Under the pieces are notes generated by a model that was given only the letters and a program-made list of their open reading frames with translations, was not told the DNA's origin and made no database searches. Below, piece after piece: positions 46,967 to 57,747 of a stretch of DNA of 64,000 bases. The position numbers and the translations under genes are program-made. Positions within the stretch are counted from its first letter, which is position 1, and each line of letters begins with the position of its first letter. Source of the DNA: an uncultured Eubacteriales bacterium (GTDB lineage Bacteria > Bacillota > Clostridia > Christensenellales > UBA1242); the NCBI GenBank assembly GCA_949878485.1, contig CATLAM010000006.1, forward strand, positions 6,914 through 70,913, given 5' to 3'.

Positions 46967-47845
46967 CTATTTCAATTTGTTTAAATACATTTTCTTCATA
47001 GTGACACTGTCTTCTGCCATTGTTCCATTACTTTCGCAAATTATATGAAAATTTAATTTGTTTTTAATTAAACAATTACACAAAGGTTCAAATTCAGGTC
47101 CATAAATGTCATCATCAAAAGTCAAATGTCTGATCTCACCTTTTTCGCCATATTGAATTTTTGAAAAATGAACATGCGCATTTCTTGTGCGGAAGTCACC
47201 CAACTTTTCAAAGCAATAATCAATTATTCTTTGATAATCTTCTTCAGTTTTCAGCGCTCCATGTGTAAAAGCATTTATATGACCAAAATCAAATGTTGGC
47301 AAAAGTTTATCAGAAATTGTGCAAAGATCAATAATCTCTTTATAAGTGCCAATTTGAAGATGTTTTCCCATGGTTTCAGGACAAATAAACATGTCGTCAC
47401 CCAACATTTTTTCAAACTCTGGCATAAACTCTTTAAATCTTTTTGTCATAAGTGCCACAGCATTCTCTCTTGTTTCTTTTCCGCAAGAACCCGCATGGAA
47501 AACCATTCTTTTTGCACCAAATGCGTGCATAAAGCCTATGCCAGTGCGAATGTAACCAAGTGATTTTTCATACATAACTTGGTCAGGGTTGGCAAAGTTG
47601 ATGAAATATGGAGCATGCAAAGACATTTCAATATTGAATTTTTTAAATTCTTTCCCAATTTTTTCTGCAGTTTCTCTTGACATTCGATAACCTTGACCGA
47701 AACTGTATTCAAAAATGTCTAGCCCACCTTCAAATTTGTCCGCTCCTTGATTTGCCAACCATTGTGGAGCATCTAAAGTTGTTTTATGCTTTTCATCATA
47801 AAAAGACAAACTGTTTCCTGCAGGCCCAAAAAGCGTTCTTTCCAT
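46967..47845 (-). CDS. TIM-barrel xylose-isomerase-like / endonuclease IV-like protein
   Basis: 292 aa; LHAPYFINFANPD, VFHAGS, FDFGHINA metal-ligand-like blocks. Confidence 0.55.
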   Translation of the reverse strand: MERTLFGPAGNSLSFYDEKHKTTLDAPQWLANQGADKFEGGLDIFEYSFGQGYRMSRETAEKIGKEFKKFNIEMSLHAPYFINFANPDQVMYEKSLGYIRTGIGFMHAFGAKRMVFHAGSCGKETRENAVALMTKRFKEFMPEFEKMLGDDMFICPETMGKHLQIGTYKEIIDLCTISDKLLPTFDFGHINAFTHGALKTEEDYQRIIDYCFEKLGDFRTRNAHVHFSKIQYGEKGEIRHLTFDDDIYGPEFEPLCNCLIKNKLNFHIICESNGTMAEDSVTMKKMYLNKLK

Positions 47846-47858
47846 TGTTTCTCCTTTC

Positions 47859-48716
47859 TTAAAGTCTTAAACTAAGTTTTAATTTTTCATCTTCCACTTT
47901 GCCAAGACCTAAAAACTTATCTTCGCCAAAGACTTTATAATCTCCATTTTTATTTGCAACAAACAAAATTTGACCATTTAAAAGTTTTTCCTTTTCAACT
48001 TTGCTGACGCTAATTTTGTCATAATCAAACAAAGTTTCACAAGGCAAAATCTTAAAATCGTTATTTTTAATTTGTTCCATAGAAAATGCGTCTTTTAAAA
48101 AGAATATACCACATTTAGTGCGTAGTATGCTTTGCATACTACCATAAGTTGACAACTTTTCTGCTAAATCACGACATACACTTCTTATGTAAGTCCCGCT
48201 TGAACAAGAAATTTCAAATTTATATGTGTTTACAGCAAGTTTTTCCAAAACTTTAAAATCATATATTTCAATTTCTTTTGGATGAAGTTCAATTAAGTTA
48301 CCTTTTCTTGCTTCCTTATATGCCACTTTTCCACCAACCTTTTTGGCAGAATAAAGTGGTGGCATTTGTGATTGTTTACCAATCATTTCTTTGACAGCAT
48401 CTTCCACTTGTTGAAAAGTTACATTACATTCTTTTTCTTTCAAAACTTGTCCAGAAATGTCAAGAGTGTCTGTTTCAAAACCGAAAATAAACACAGTTTC
48501 ATAAGTTTTGTCTTTCTTAAGAAAAAAGTCAAACAATCTAGTGGCGTTATTGACAGTAACTGGCAAAAGCCCCGCACCTTCCAAATCAAGAGTGCCCAAA
48601 TGTCCACATTTTTTTGCACCTAAAATACGTTTTACAACATTTACAACATGATTCGATGAAATTCCAACAGATTTGTTGACTAAAACAATTCCACTTTCAT
48701 TAAATTTATTTTCCAT
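47859..48716 (-). CDS. truB: tRNA pseudouridine55 synthase
   Basis: GIVLVNKSVGISS, GHLGTLDLEGAGLLP (catalytic Asp); first ATG at 48716. Confidence 0.88.
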   Translation of the reverse strand: MENKFNESGIVLVNKSVGISSNHVVNVVKRILGAKKCGHLGTLDLEGAGLLPVTVNNATRLFDFFLKKDKTYETVFIFGFETDTLDISGQVLKEKECNVTFQQVEDAVKEMIGKQSQMPPLYSAKKVGGKVAYKEARKGNLIELHPKEIEIYDFKVLEKLAVNTYKFEISCSSGTYIRSVCRDLAEKLSTYGSMQSILRTKCGIFFLKDAFSMEQIKNNDFKILPCETLFDYDKISVSKVEKEKLLNGQILFVANKNGDYKVFGEDKFLGLGKVEDEKLKLSLRL

Positions 48717-49686
48717 CAACAACCTTTTTACCCCAAAGTTTTACAAATCTATCTATTTCACTTTTTTTAATTTTCTTGTCAAAAGCAGAAGCAAGTTTAT
48801 GCCCACCGCCACCATTAGCACCAGAGCAAATCATGGTGTTGAAGCCATTTACAGAACGCATACTTACTCTGTAATTATTTTTCTCAAATTCCATAAACAA
48901 AAATGAAACTTTTACATCTTTCATATTTTTCATTTCATCTACACTGAATTTAACATCCTCATGTTCTAAATTCAACTTTTTAAATGTATTTAAATCAAAT
49001 ACTGTATATACAACCTGTCCGTTTTCGACAAGCTTTAAATTTTTCACAAAATATTGATATGCTTTTAGATGCTTTCTACTTAAAGAACGATACATAACAT
49101 CATAAATAAATTCTATATTGGCTTGTTTTTCATATAAAATTTTTGCAACATCAAATACTTGTGGTGTCAAATTCGAATTTAAAAATCTGTTTGTATCACC
49201 CATAAGACCTATATAGAGATAAGTGGCAATCACAGGCGTTATTTCAAGTTGATGATCCCTCATCAGAATTGTAAGAATTTCACAAATGGAAGAAAGATGT
49301 GGAATGTTTAACATATTTTTACTTGCCAAACATTTACTTTCTTCTTCTGTTATTTCATGATGATCTATAACAATAATATTTTTTGATTTTTCAACTTCAT
49401 CAAAAAATATTGGAGCAAGTCTTTTCACACAATGTGCATCCATAATGACAACTAAATCATAATCTTTTGCTTTAAAATCGGTTTTCACTTCATTTAAAGG
49501 AAAAAGATAATCCAAATTACTTTCCGAATTTCTCAAAGCAAAAACATCAGCATTCACGCCAAGATTTCTACAAATCTCACGCATTGCAAACATTGAGCCG
49601 TAAGCATCTGGATCAGGGTTTTTATGTGCAAATAAAGCAATATTTTTGGCATTCTTAATAAATTTAACAACATCTTTATTTGTCAT
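48706..49686 (-). CDS. nrnA: DHH/DHHA1 phosphoesterase (NrnA-like)
   Basis: HKNPDPDAYGS, DHH motif (VIDHH), GGGHKLASAF. ATG 49686 with GAGGAG 7 nt upstream. Confidence 0.75.
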   Translation of the reverse strand: MTNKDVVKFIKNAKNIALFAHKNPDPDAYGSMFAMREICRNLGVNADVFALRNSESNLDYLFPLNEVKTDFKAKDYDLVVIMDAHCVKRLAPIFFDEVEKSKNIIVIDHHEITEEESKCLASKNMLNIPHLSSICEILTILMRDHQLEITPVIATYLYIGLMGDTNRFLNSNLTPQVFDVAKILYEKQANIEFIYDVMYRSLSRKHLKAYQYFVKNLKLVENGQVVYTVFDLNTFKKLNLEHEDVKFSVDEMKNMKDVKVSFLFMEFEKNNYRVSMRSVNGFNTMICSGANGGGGHKLASAFDKKIKKSEIDRFVKLWGKKVVDGK

Positions 49687-50041
49687 CTTCATTCTCCTCT
49701 TTTGGAATATTTAAATTTCGCAATATTGCTTCGACTCTCATGGCATTTTCTGCACTTTTATCCACAACAAAGTTTAGTTTTGGCACTTGTGGCATATCCA
49801 CCATTTTGGCAAGTTCTCTTTTAATAAAACCTTCACTTTTTTGCAAAACTGTTGTCACTGAAGAAATTTCTTTCAAATCCAACACACTTACTTTGATTTT
49901 ACAAAACTTAAAATCAGGAGTTACATTAACTTCTGTTATGCTGACAATTTTGTCAAGACGCGGATCATTCATTTTAAATTGAATTATGTCAATTAAGCAT
50001 TTTTGAATTTCTTTGTTTGCTCTGTCAATTCTGTTTGCCAT
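49676..50041 (-). CDS. rbfA: ribosome-binding factor A
   Basis: 121 aa; RANKEIQKCL..DPRL..VSITEVNVTPD pattern; follows infB. Confidence 0.88.
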   Translation of the reverse strand: MANRIDRANKEIQKCLIDIIQFKMNDPRLDKIVSITEVNVTPDFKFCKIKVSVLDLKEISSVTTVLQKSEGFIKRELAKMVDMPQVPKLNFVVDKSAENAMRVEAILRNLNIPKEENEDDK

Positions 50042-50086
50042 TTAAAAACCTCCTATAAAAAAGAGAAAGAAAGGAAAGTCAAAAAA

Positions 50087-52633
50087 CTAATCCCTCTTTA
50101 CTACTTCTTTTGTGTAACATTCCAAAATGTCACCTTCAACGAAATCAACATTATCTTTAAGTTTAATTCCGCATTCAAAACCTTTTGCGACTTCACTCTT
50201 TTCGTCTTTAACAATCTTTAAAGAGTCAATCACGCTTTCGCCAATAATTTCATCACCGCGTTTAATCTTAGCGATTCCATTTCTGACAATCTTGCCATCA
50301 AGAACATAACTTCCTGCAACTTTTCCAGCAGAAGAAAGTTTAAACACAACACGGATTTCAGCACTTCCAATATATTTTTCTTCATATTTGATTGCCATCA
50401 TACCCTTGCTGAGTCTGGTGATTTGGTCAACCACTTCATAAATAATTCTTGATTCAATAAGTTCAACTTTCATGCTGTCAATCATTTGTAACATTTTGTT
50501 TGGAGTCTTAATATTGAAAGCAATAACAGTTGCGCCAGTTGTCTGTGCAAGCACAATATCACTTTCCGTAATTGCGCCCGCACCGCTGTGGATGCAAACA
50601 ACCTTAACTTCTTCGTTTCTGATTGCTTCCAAAGAAGCCTTCAACGCTTCAACCGAGCCCATTGTGTCAGCTTTGATTATGATGTTAAGATTTTTAAGTG
50701 CACCTTCATGAATTCTGCTCATAAAGTCGTCAGCACTTACGCCAGATGTGTGCTTAGCACGCTCTTGTTTAATTTTGTTTATTCTTTCGTTAATTACTTG
50801 CTTAGATAAACTTTCTTCAACAGCATAAACAGCGTCACCAGAGTTTGGAACATCATTAAAGCCCATAACAGCAACAGGTGTTGATGGTCCTGCCTTTTTA
50901 ACAGGTTTACCATTTTCGTCAAACATAGCCTTAACTTTTCCATATGTGATTCCAGACATAATGGAATCTCCAACTTTCAATGTGCCGTTTTGAACAAGCA
51001 CAGTTGCCACTGCACCACGATTTTTATCAAGTTCTGCTTCTATAACAGTTCCAATTGCCATTTTGTTTGGATTTGCTGTAAGTTCTTCAATTTCAGCAAC
51101 AAGAAGAATAGTCTTTTTAAGTTCATCCATACCCATTCCTGTCTTTGCAGAGATAGGAACACAAATGGCATCTCCACCCCATTCTTCTGGCAAAATTCCA
51201 TGTTCAGTAAGTTGTTGTTTAACTCTGTCTGGGTTTGCTTCTGGTTTATCCATTTTGTTGATTGCCACAATCATAGGCACTTTTGCAGCCTTTATATGGT
51301 TGATTGCTTCAATGGTTTGAGGCATAATTCCGTCATCAGCAGCCACAACCAAAATTGCAATATCAGTAACTTCCGCACCTCTTGCACGCATTGAAGTAAA
51401 CGCTGCATGCCCTGGAGTGTCTAAGAAAGTGATTTTTTCGCCATTGAAAGTAATTTGATAAGCACCAATTTTTTGTGTAATTCCGCCTGCTTCACCAAGC
51501 ACGACATTAGTCTTTCTGAAAGCATCCAAAAGCGAAGTCTTACCATGGTCAACATGCCCCATAACTGTTATTACAGGTGGGCGCTTAACAAGGTCTTTAT
51601 CATCATCTGTTTCGTTTGAAACATCTTGCAATTTTTCTTCATATGTTTTGTCAAGTTTAAGTTCAAGTGTTACACCAAGTTCGTTTGAAACAAGTTCACT
51701 TGTGTCAAAATCTATAGTGCTGTTTATTGTTGCCATAATGCCAAGAAGCATAAGTTTCTTAACAATTTCAGCAACTGGCTTTCCAATTTTTTCACTTAAA
51801 TCTTTAACTGTGATTTCACGAGAATTCAGCACCACATGAGTAACCTTTGGTGCAATGATAACTTCAACTTCTTTCTTTTTCTTAATAAGTTTTCTTGAAC
51901 CCATTGTGGTTTCTTCAAAACCTTCTTCATCCATAACAAGAATGTTGTTTTTATTTGCAAAAGATGCTCTTTGTCTTGCACTGATTTTTTTACTTTCGTC
52001 TATATTTCGTCTTTGTTTATTTTTATTCCCAAAGTTACGCTCTGGTGTAGCCAAAACAGAACTGCTTTCAGTTGGAGCAAATGATTTAAAACCATTTGCT
52101 TTAGTGGAAACAAAAGAATTGTTTTTCTTCTGCATCTGTCCTTGCATTGGTCTGTTACCAAAGTTGTTTGGTTTTCCAAAATTTCCATTTTGTGGACGAT
52201 TAAAGTTATCGTTTCTTTGTTGCCCCACTCCACCAGCATTGTTGCGTTGTTGAAATCTTCCATTTTGTCCGTTTTGATTATTTTGCCAATTTTGTCCATT
52301 TCTTTGTGGAGCATTTTGGTTATTAAATTTTCTGAAATTGTTAGATTGGTTGTTTCCTTGAGAAAATCTTGGCTCTTGTTTTCTTTCTTCTCTGACAGGT
52401 TCAACAGTTTCTACCTTAACAGCAGTTTCCGCCTTTTCTGTAGAAAGTCTTGCTGCTTTTTCTTGTTCTTCTTTCTGCTTTGCTTGCAACTTGGTTTTTT
52501 GGTCAGTTACAGCCTTAGAAAAATTGTCAATGTCATACTTTGCCTGTTTAATTGACAATAATAAATCCTGCAAAGAGCCATCTCTTTGAATGTTGTTTAT
52601 TGTTTTAAGTGCGTTGAGTTGTTGTGTTGCCAA
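50087..52633 (-). CDS. infB: translation initiation factor IF-2
   Basis: [25 protein letters not shown] start. N-terminal ~200 aa is Q/N/G-rich low complexity. Confidence 0.93.
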   Translation of the reverse strand: MATQQLNALKTINNIQRDGSLQDLLLSIKQAKYDIDNFSKAVTDQKTKLQAKQKEEQEKAARLSTEKAETAVKVETVEPVREERKQEPRFSQGNNQSNNFRKFNNQNAPQRNGQNWQNNQNGQNGRFQQRNNAGGVGQQRNDNFNRPQNGNFGKPNNFGNRPMQGQMQKKNNSFVSTKANGFKSFAPTESSSVLATPERNFGNKNKQRRNIDESKKISARQRASFANKNNILVMDEEGFEETTMGSRKLIKKKKEVEVIIAPKVTHVVLNSREITVKDLSEKIGKPVAEIVKKLMLLGIMATINSTIDFDTSELVSNELGVTLELKLDKTYEEKLQDVSNETDDDKDLVKRPPVITVMGHVDHGKTSLLDAFRKTNVVLGEAGGITQKIGAYQITFNGEKITFLDTPGHAAFTSMRARGAEVTDIAILVVAADDGIMPQTIEAINHIKAAKVPMIVAINKMDKPEANPDRVKQQLTEHGILPEEWGGDAICVPISAKTGMGMDELKKTILLVAEIEELTANPNKMAIGTVIEAELDKNRGAVATVLVQNGTLKVGDSIMSGITYGKVKAMFDENGKPVKKAGPSTPVAVMGFNDVPNSGDAVYAVEESLSKQVINERINKIKQERAKHTSGVSADDFMSRIHEGALKNLNIIIKADTMGSVEALKASLEAIRNEEVKVVCIHSGAGAITESDIVLAQTTGATVIAFNIKTPNKMLQMIDSMKVELIESRIIYEVVDQITRLSKGMMAIKYEEKYIGSAEIRVVFKLSSAGKVAGSYVLDGKIVRNGIAKIKRGDEIIGESVIDSLKIVKDEKSEVAKGFECGIKLKDNVDFVEGDILECYTKEVVKRD

Positions 52634-52634
52634 G

Positions 52635-52922
52635 TTATTCTCCTTTTAAAACTTTTATTATGTTGTCACTAAAAGTTTTGTTTTTAATTCCAACAATTTT
52701 GCAATTTTCTATGCCAACAGTTTCAGCCAAATTTTCAATCTCAATTAAAGGAATGTTTTTTTTCTCTGACAAAAACTTTGCTTCCCTTGCAAGAGAATTC
52801 CCTGCATTTTTATCAACCAAAACCAAAAACAGTTTTTTGTTGTAGCCACGCAAATTATCCTGCCCAATAATGGCAAAACCCGCTTTTCTTGCAATGGAAA
52901 TAAGACCATTAATTTTTGTCAA
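52635..52922 (-). CDS. ylxQ: L7Ae-family RNA-binding protein (YlxQ)
   Basis: 95 aa; conserved slot between ylxR and infB. Confidence 0.75.
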   Translation of the reverse strand: MTKINGLISIARKAGFAIIGQDNLRGYNKKLFLVLVDKNAGNSLAREAKFLSEKKNIPLIEIENLAETVGIENCKIVGIKNKTFSDNIIKVLKGE

Positions 52923-53178
52923 TTTCTTCTCCTATTTTGTCATAAACTTCTTTTGAAATGTTGCATTTAAAAGATTTGTTTAACGCTTTTGTTTTGCACA
53001 ATTTTTCATAACAATCTTTATCTTTGCACACATATGCACCTCTGCCATTTGCTTTTCCAGTTGGGTCAACAAAAATTTCTCCATCCTTGTTTTTAACAAT
53101 TCTAAGCAAAGTTTTTTTGTCACTCTGTCCGCGACAAACAATGCACATGCGAATTTTTTCTTTTGGTTTATTTTGCAT
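52909..53178 (-). CDS. ylxR: YlxR-family (DUF448) RNA-binding protein
   Basis: RMCIVCR..K..LLRIV...G..DPTGK.NGRGAYVC pattern. Confidence 0.85.
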   Translation of the reverse strand: MQNKPKEKIRMCIVCRGQSDKKTLLRIVKNKDGEIFVDPTGKANGRGAYVCKDKDCYEKLCKTKALNKSFKCNISKEVYDKIGEEIDKN

Positions 53179-53197
53179 AAAAACCTCTTAATTAAAT

Positions 53198-54379
53198 TTA
53201 GTCTAAATCATCAAGACTTCCAAATTCGTTATCAATAGGTTCAAGTTCTTCCAAGTCATTCATTGAATCGAAAGAAGTTTCATCAGAAAGTTCTGTAAGT
53301 TCATATTCAGTTTCTGTTTCGCCTTCACTTGATGCTGGCTTAAGATAACTTTCAGGTTTAACATCAATTTTCCAGCCAGTAAGTCTTGCAGCCAAACGAA
53401 CATTTTGTCCGCCCTTACCAATTGCCAATGAAAGTTTGTCATCAGGAACAATTACTTGTGACATATTTAAACTGTCGTTTGTTTCAACAGACAAAACTTT
53501 TGCAGGACTTAATGCTCTTGCAATATATTCAAGTGGATCTTCAGAAAATTCCACAAGGTCAACTTTTTCGCCATTAAGTTCGTTTACAATAGTGTTGATT
53601 CTTGTTCCACGATTTCCAACACAAGCACCAACAGGATCAACATTTTGCTTTTCAGTGAAAACTGCAACCTTGGCACGATTTCCAGCATCACGAGCAATGT
53701 TTTTGATTTTAACTTCCCCGCTGGCAATTTCAGGAACTTCCAATTCAAATAACTTTCTTACAAAGCCAATATTGCTTCTTGAAACTTGAATTTGTGGACC
53801 TTTGAAAGAATCTTTGATTCTTTTAACATAGACCTTAACTCTGTCACCAACATTAAACTTATCCCCAGGGATTTGGTCACTTTTCATCATGACACCTTCA
53901 GTGTTGGTTCCTGCGATTTGAACATAAACATTTTCACCATCAACACGTTTAACAATTGTGGTTAAAAGTTCATCTTCTTTTTCAGACAATTCAGTGATTG
54001 CTGTTTGTCTTTCCATTTCTCTAAGTTTTTGCATTACAACTTGTTTTGCAGTCTGAGCAGCAATTCTTCCAAAATCTTTTGTTGTTTCTTCAACAGCAAT
54101 TATGTCGCCAACTTTGTAAGATTTTTTAAGTTGTCTTGCGTCAGCAAGAGCAATTTCTTTGTCAAAATCCTCCACTTCAGCAACAACAGTTTTGTAGGAA
54201 TAAATCTTGATAGTGTTGCGTTCTGGATAAAGTTTAACCATCGCAGACTTTGCTTCCCCATACATCTTTTTGTAAGCAGATGTAAGCGCAGTTTCAAGTG
54301 TTGTAATAAAAGTTTCTTTGTCAATTTTCTTTTCTGTTTCAAGGTCATCAAGTGCCTTAAAAAAATCTTTGTTTACCAT
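53198..54379 (-). CDS. nusA: transcription termination/antitermination factor NusA
   Basis: N-terminal domain, S1, and two KH domains (GACVGNRGTRI, AIGKGGQNVRLA); acidic C-terminal tail. Confidence 0.93.
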   Translation of the reverse strand: MVNKDFFKALDDLETEKKIDKETFITTLETALTSAYKKMYGEAKSAMVKLYPERNTIKIYSYKTVVAEVEDFDKEIALADARQLKKSYKVGDIIAVEETTKDFGRIAAQTAKQVVMQKLREMERQTAITELSEKEDELLTTIVKRVDGENVYVQIAGTNTEGVMMKSDQIPGDKFNVGDRVKVYVKRIKDSFKGPQIQVSRSNIGFVRKLFELEVPEIASGEVKIKNIARDAGNRAKVAVFTEKQNVDPVGACVGNRGTRINTIVNELNGEKVDLVEFSEDPLEYIARALSPAKVLSVETNDSLNMSQVIVPDDKLSLAIGKGGQNVRLAARLTGWKIDVKPESYLKPASSEGETETEYELTELSDETSFDSMNDLEELEPIDNEFGSLDDLD

Positions 54380-54393
54380 TATTAAATTTCTCC

Positions 54394-54852
54394 TTAAAAA
54401 TGAATTACCAGTTTTACAGAAGCCACCTTCACTCTTTCAAATGTAAGTTCTTCTTTTTCAGTTTTGATTGTTACAGTTATGTCATCGAATTTTGTAAGAA
54501 CACCTTTAAAGTTTTTCTTGCCATCAATCTTTGAAAACAAATTAAGTTCCACTTCCTTGCCAAGATTACGATTGAAATCTCTGTCAGTTTTAAGTGGTCT
54601 GTCAAGCCCTGGTGAACTTACAACCAAAGTGTAAGGTTTGTCATCAGTTGGATTAAGTTCGTCCAAGATTGGGTCAATTTTTTTGTTTACAATTTCACAG
54701 TCATCTATGGTCACGCCTTTGTCGCTGTCGATTGTGAAAATCAAACTCATTCCACCGTTTTCTTTTTCGTAACTTATCTCAACCACATCATAACCCATTT
54801 CTTCGATTATTGGTTGAACTTTTTCGGCACAAATATCTTTGACTTTTGCCAT
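54394..54852 (-). CDS. rimP: ribosome maturation factor RimP
   Basis: 152 aa; YTLVVSSPGLDRPLK motif. Confidence 0.88.
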   Translation of the reverse strand: MAKVKDICAEKVQPIIEEMGYDVVEISYEKENGGMSLIFTIDSDKGVTIDDCEIVNKKIDPILDELNPTDDKPYTLVVSSPGLDRPLKTDRDFNRNLGKEVELNLFSKIDGKKNFKGVLTKFDDITVTIKTEKEELTFERVKVASVKLVIHF

Positions 54853-54969
54853 AACACCTCCAAAAATGTCTACTTAATACAAAGAGTGAGCAATTAATGC
54901 CCACTCCCCGTCAAGATATAGTTATTATAACCTAAAAAAATATAAAAAGCAAGACAATTTAAAACTTTT

Positions 54970-55002
54970 TACAAAAAAAACAGAAAGTTTTTTTACTTTC
55001 TG
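54970..55002 (-). terminator. rho-independent terminator after the exonuclease gene
   Basis: CAGAAAGT / ACTTTCTG 8-bp stem followed by T8 on the minus strand; overlaps the stop codon. Confidence 0.6.
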
Positions 55003-56540
55003 TTGATTTCATTAAGTTTTAATAAAACTTGTGCCGTTGCAAAGGCATCATTCCATGCTCTGTGTGCCCCTTCCAATGTAAGTCCCAAAGTTTTAACTAC
55101 TGTGCCAAGATTAAATCTAGATATTCCCAAATTGGCTCTTCTTGCTTCCAATAATGTGTCGATTGTTGGATTATCAAAATTGAAACCAGAAGCCTTACCT
55201 TCACGCTTGACAAATTTAATGTCAAAATCTAAAATGTTATGTCCACTTAAAACACAACCGCGTGTAAAATTGTAAAAATCACGAATGACAAGGTCAACAG
55301 GTGGAGCATCCTTAACCATTTCATCTGTAATTCCAGTAATTTCAGTGACCTGAGCAGGAATATGAATAGTCGGCTTAACAAAAGTGGAAAACTTTTCTTT
55401 AATTTTTCCATCGACAATTTTCACTGCTCCAATTTCAGTAATTTGGTCGTTATCAAAATCTAACCCAGTTGTTTCAAGGTCAAAAACAACAATAGTTTTA
55501 CCCATAATTTTGTCATTATAAACACTTTCATCATCAAACATTTTACCTTGCTCAAGTGATTCCAATTTTTCAATTTTAACCACAGAACCATCTTCATTAA
55601 AATTGATTTTTAAAGGTTTATTTTCAAGAGGTTTTTCCACTTCCGTTGCAAGTGCCATTTTCTTGATTATAAGGCTGAGTTTATTCATATAATTTAATTT
55701 CACTTCGCCTTGCATAACAACATACATGGTTTCTTCCAAACTTTCCATAACTTTTTCATTGGCTTTTGATGAAAAATAGACACAATCCATTTTTCCCTTT
55801 CCATCAGTAAGTTGAATGCTGAATAAAGCCTTTGGTTGCCCAGCGTATTTACCTGTCTTTCTGACAAATTCGCGTCTTTCAATTTTCTTTATGTAACCAG
55901 CAATGATTGCCACTGGTTTAGGCTTTTTGATTGAAGAAATATATTCAGGATTTGGATTTACATCCTTTCCAATGACATCTTTAATTATTTCAACCTTATA
56001 TTTGGCAACAGGTTTATAAGAAGTTTTAAGTTCGACATTTTCAATGTCAACTTCATCCAAAATTTCTGCATCTTCATGCGTGCTTATTGTGAAATCAACC
56101 AAAAAATTTTCTTTTAAATATTTGGAAAGTTCGCTTGTAATTTTATGTTCAGCAAAAAACTCAGCCATGCGAGAGCTTAAAGTTATGCCAATCACAACAT
56201 CAAAAGTGTTGATTTTGATGTCAAAACTTTTGTCTGAAATATAGGCAGTCACAATTTTATATCTGTCTTTAAAGAAATTCTCCAATTCTTTTAAAATCAA
56301 CTTTTCTTCCACATACACACGCATAAATTTGACTTTAATTCTAAGTTGTTCAAACTGCAAAAGCGACTTTATCCAATCTGTTATTTCTTGTTTTTCAGCA
56401 TCCGAAATCTCCTTAGAAGAAGAAAGTGACAAAAAAGTTATGGTGCAAGTGCCATCGTTTTTTTTCACCACAACATCTTTGAGTTCAAGATTTTCAAATC
56501 TGTCGCCAAATTCAGCGTTAAATTCATGTGTAAAATTCAT
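54993..56540 (-). CDS. PolC-N-terminal-like + OB fold + DEDDh 3-5 exonuclease protein, with no polymerase or PHP domains
   Basis: Exo motifs VVFDLETTGLD, SGHNILDFD, HRAWNDA. OB-like segment about aa 205-290. Occupies the polC slot between rseP and rimP. Confidence 0.65.
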   Translation of the reverse strand: MNFTHEFNAEFGDRFENLELKDVVVKKNDGTCTITFLSLSSSKEISDAEKQEITDWIKSLLQFEQLRIKVKFMRVYVEEKLILKELENFFKDRYKIVTAYISDKSFDIKINTFDVVIGITLSSRMAEFFAEHKITSELSKYLKENFLVDFTISTHEDAEILDEVDIENVELKTSYKPVAKYKVEIIKDVIGKDVNPNPEYISSIKKPKPVAIIAGYIKKIERREFVRKTGKYAGQPKALFSIQLTDGKGKMDCVYFSSKANEKVMESLEETMYVVMQGEVKLNYMNKLSLIIKKMALATEVEKPLENKPLKINFNEDGSVVKIEKLESLEQGKMFDDESVYNDKIMGKTIVVFDLETTGLDFDNDQITEIGAVKIVDGKIKEKFSTFVKPTIHIPAQVTEITGITDEMVKDAPPVDLVIRDFYNFTRGCVLSGHNILDFDIKFVKREGKASGFNFDNPTIDTLLEARRANLGISRFNLGTVVKTLGLTLEGAHRAWNDAFATAQVLLKLNEINRK

Positions 56541-56578
56541 AACATTATTCTATTAAACATTGTTCATTTTGTCAAGTG

Positions 56579-57712
56579 TTAAAGCACAAAATGCAAAATA
56601 TCAATAAGAATTACAAAAGCAAACAAGACGCAAATTCCAACAAGATGAATTATACTTTCCACTTTTCTGTTGATTGGTTTGCCTCTTATCCATTCAATAA
56701 GTGTGAACAACACATGCGAGCCGTCCAGTGCTGGAAGTGGCAAAATGTTAAACACAGCCAAGTTTGCCGCTATGGCAGGAATAAGCACCAATAAAAATGC
56801 CATGCTTTGTTGAGCATAATCAGCAATCATTGTGATTGTTGTCACTGTTCCGCCCATTTGTTTTAAAATTTCCACATTTGTTATGTTAGTCAAGAAAAGC
56901 CACAAAGACTTTAAAACAACCCACGCAAATCCAACAGCCATTTCAAACGAGCGACAGAAACCTTCCCAAAAACCAAAAACATATGCCTTCGTGTGTGGTG
57001 TTTGTCCTTCTTCCGTTTCAAGACCAATAAAAACATTCGACAAAACTTGTTTACCATCTTTAATTTCAAAATGCGGATAAACCAAAACTTCAATGTCAAC
57101 TTCTTTACCATCACGCTTAACTGTCATTGTGAAATGCTCCAGTTGTTCGGCTGTAAAGTTTTCAACATCTTCGCCTTTTTCAATTTTTTGTTTATAAGCG
57201 TCAAAAGCCTTTTTACGCTGATCATTTACCACTGTGGAATAATTGTCACCAAAAGCAAAATCAATCCAATGGTCTTCAACTGCAACAATTACATCTCCAA
57301 CCTGATAAGGATTTTGATAAGATTTATTAAAACTTGCAATTTGTGGAATGTCATAACCAGTCGAACACAATAAAATCCAAGAAAAGATAATAGCAGTCAA
57401 AAAGTTTGCTGTCACCCCTGCCAAAAACACAATAATTCTTTTCCAAGGCTTTTGAGCGTTAAAAGAAGATGGAGATTCATCTGTGTCATCTTCACCATCA
57501 AATGCACAATAACCACCAAGTGGAAAAATGCGTAAAGAAAATTTTTCGCCTGTCTTTTTGCTTTTATGAGAAAAAATTGGAAAGCCAAAGCCAATCGAAA
57601 ATTCAGTAATTTTAAATTTCAACAACTTACCTGCAATGTAATGTCCAAATTCATGAATAAGCACCATAAAAAGCAAAATTACAATGGCAAGCAAAATATA
57701 CAAAACAACCAT
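56579..57712 (-). CDS. rseP: RIP (site-2) zinc metalloprotease RseP/RasP
   Basis: HEFGHY zinc motif in TM1; NILPLPALDGSH second motif; PDZ-like middle. Confidence 0.88.
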   Translation of the reverse strand: MVVLYILLAIVILLFMVLIHEFGHYIAGKLLKFKITEFSIGFGFPIFSHKSKKTGEKFSLRIFPLGGYCAFDGEDDTDESPSSFNAQKPWKRIIVFLAGVTANFLTAIIFSWILLCSTGYDIPQIASFNKSYQNPYQVGDVIVAVEDHWIDFAFGDNYSTVVNDQRKKAFDAYKQKIEKGEDVENFTAEQLEHFTMTVKRDGKEVDIEVLVYPHFEIKDGKQVLSNVFIGLETEEGQTPHTKAYVFGFWEGFCRSFEMAVGFAWVVLKSLWLFLTNITNVEILKQMGGTVTTITMIADYAQQSMAFLLVLIPAIAANLAVFNILPLPALDGSHVLFTLIEWIRGKPINRKVESIIHLVGICVLFAFVILIDILHFVL

Positions 57713-57747
57713 AAAAGTTTCCTTTAATCAAATGTCGGTCTTTTGTA

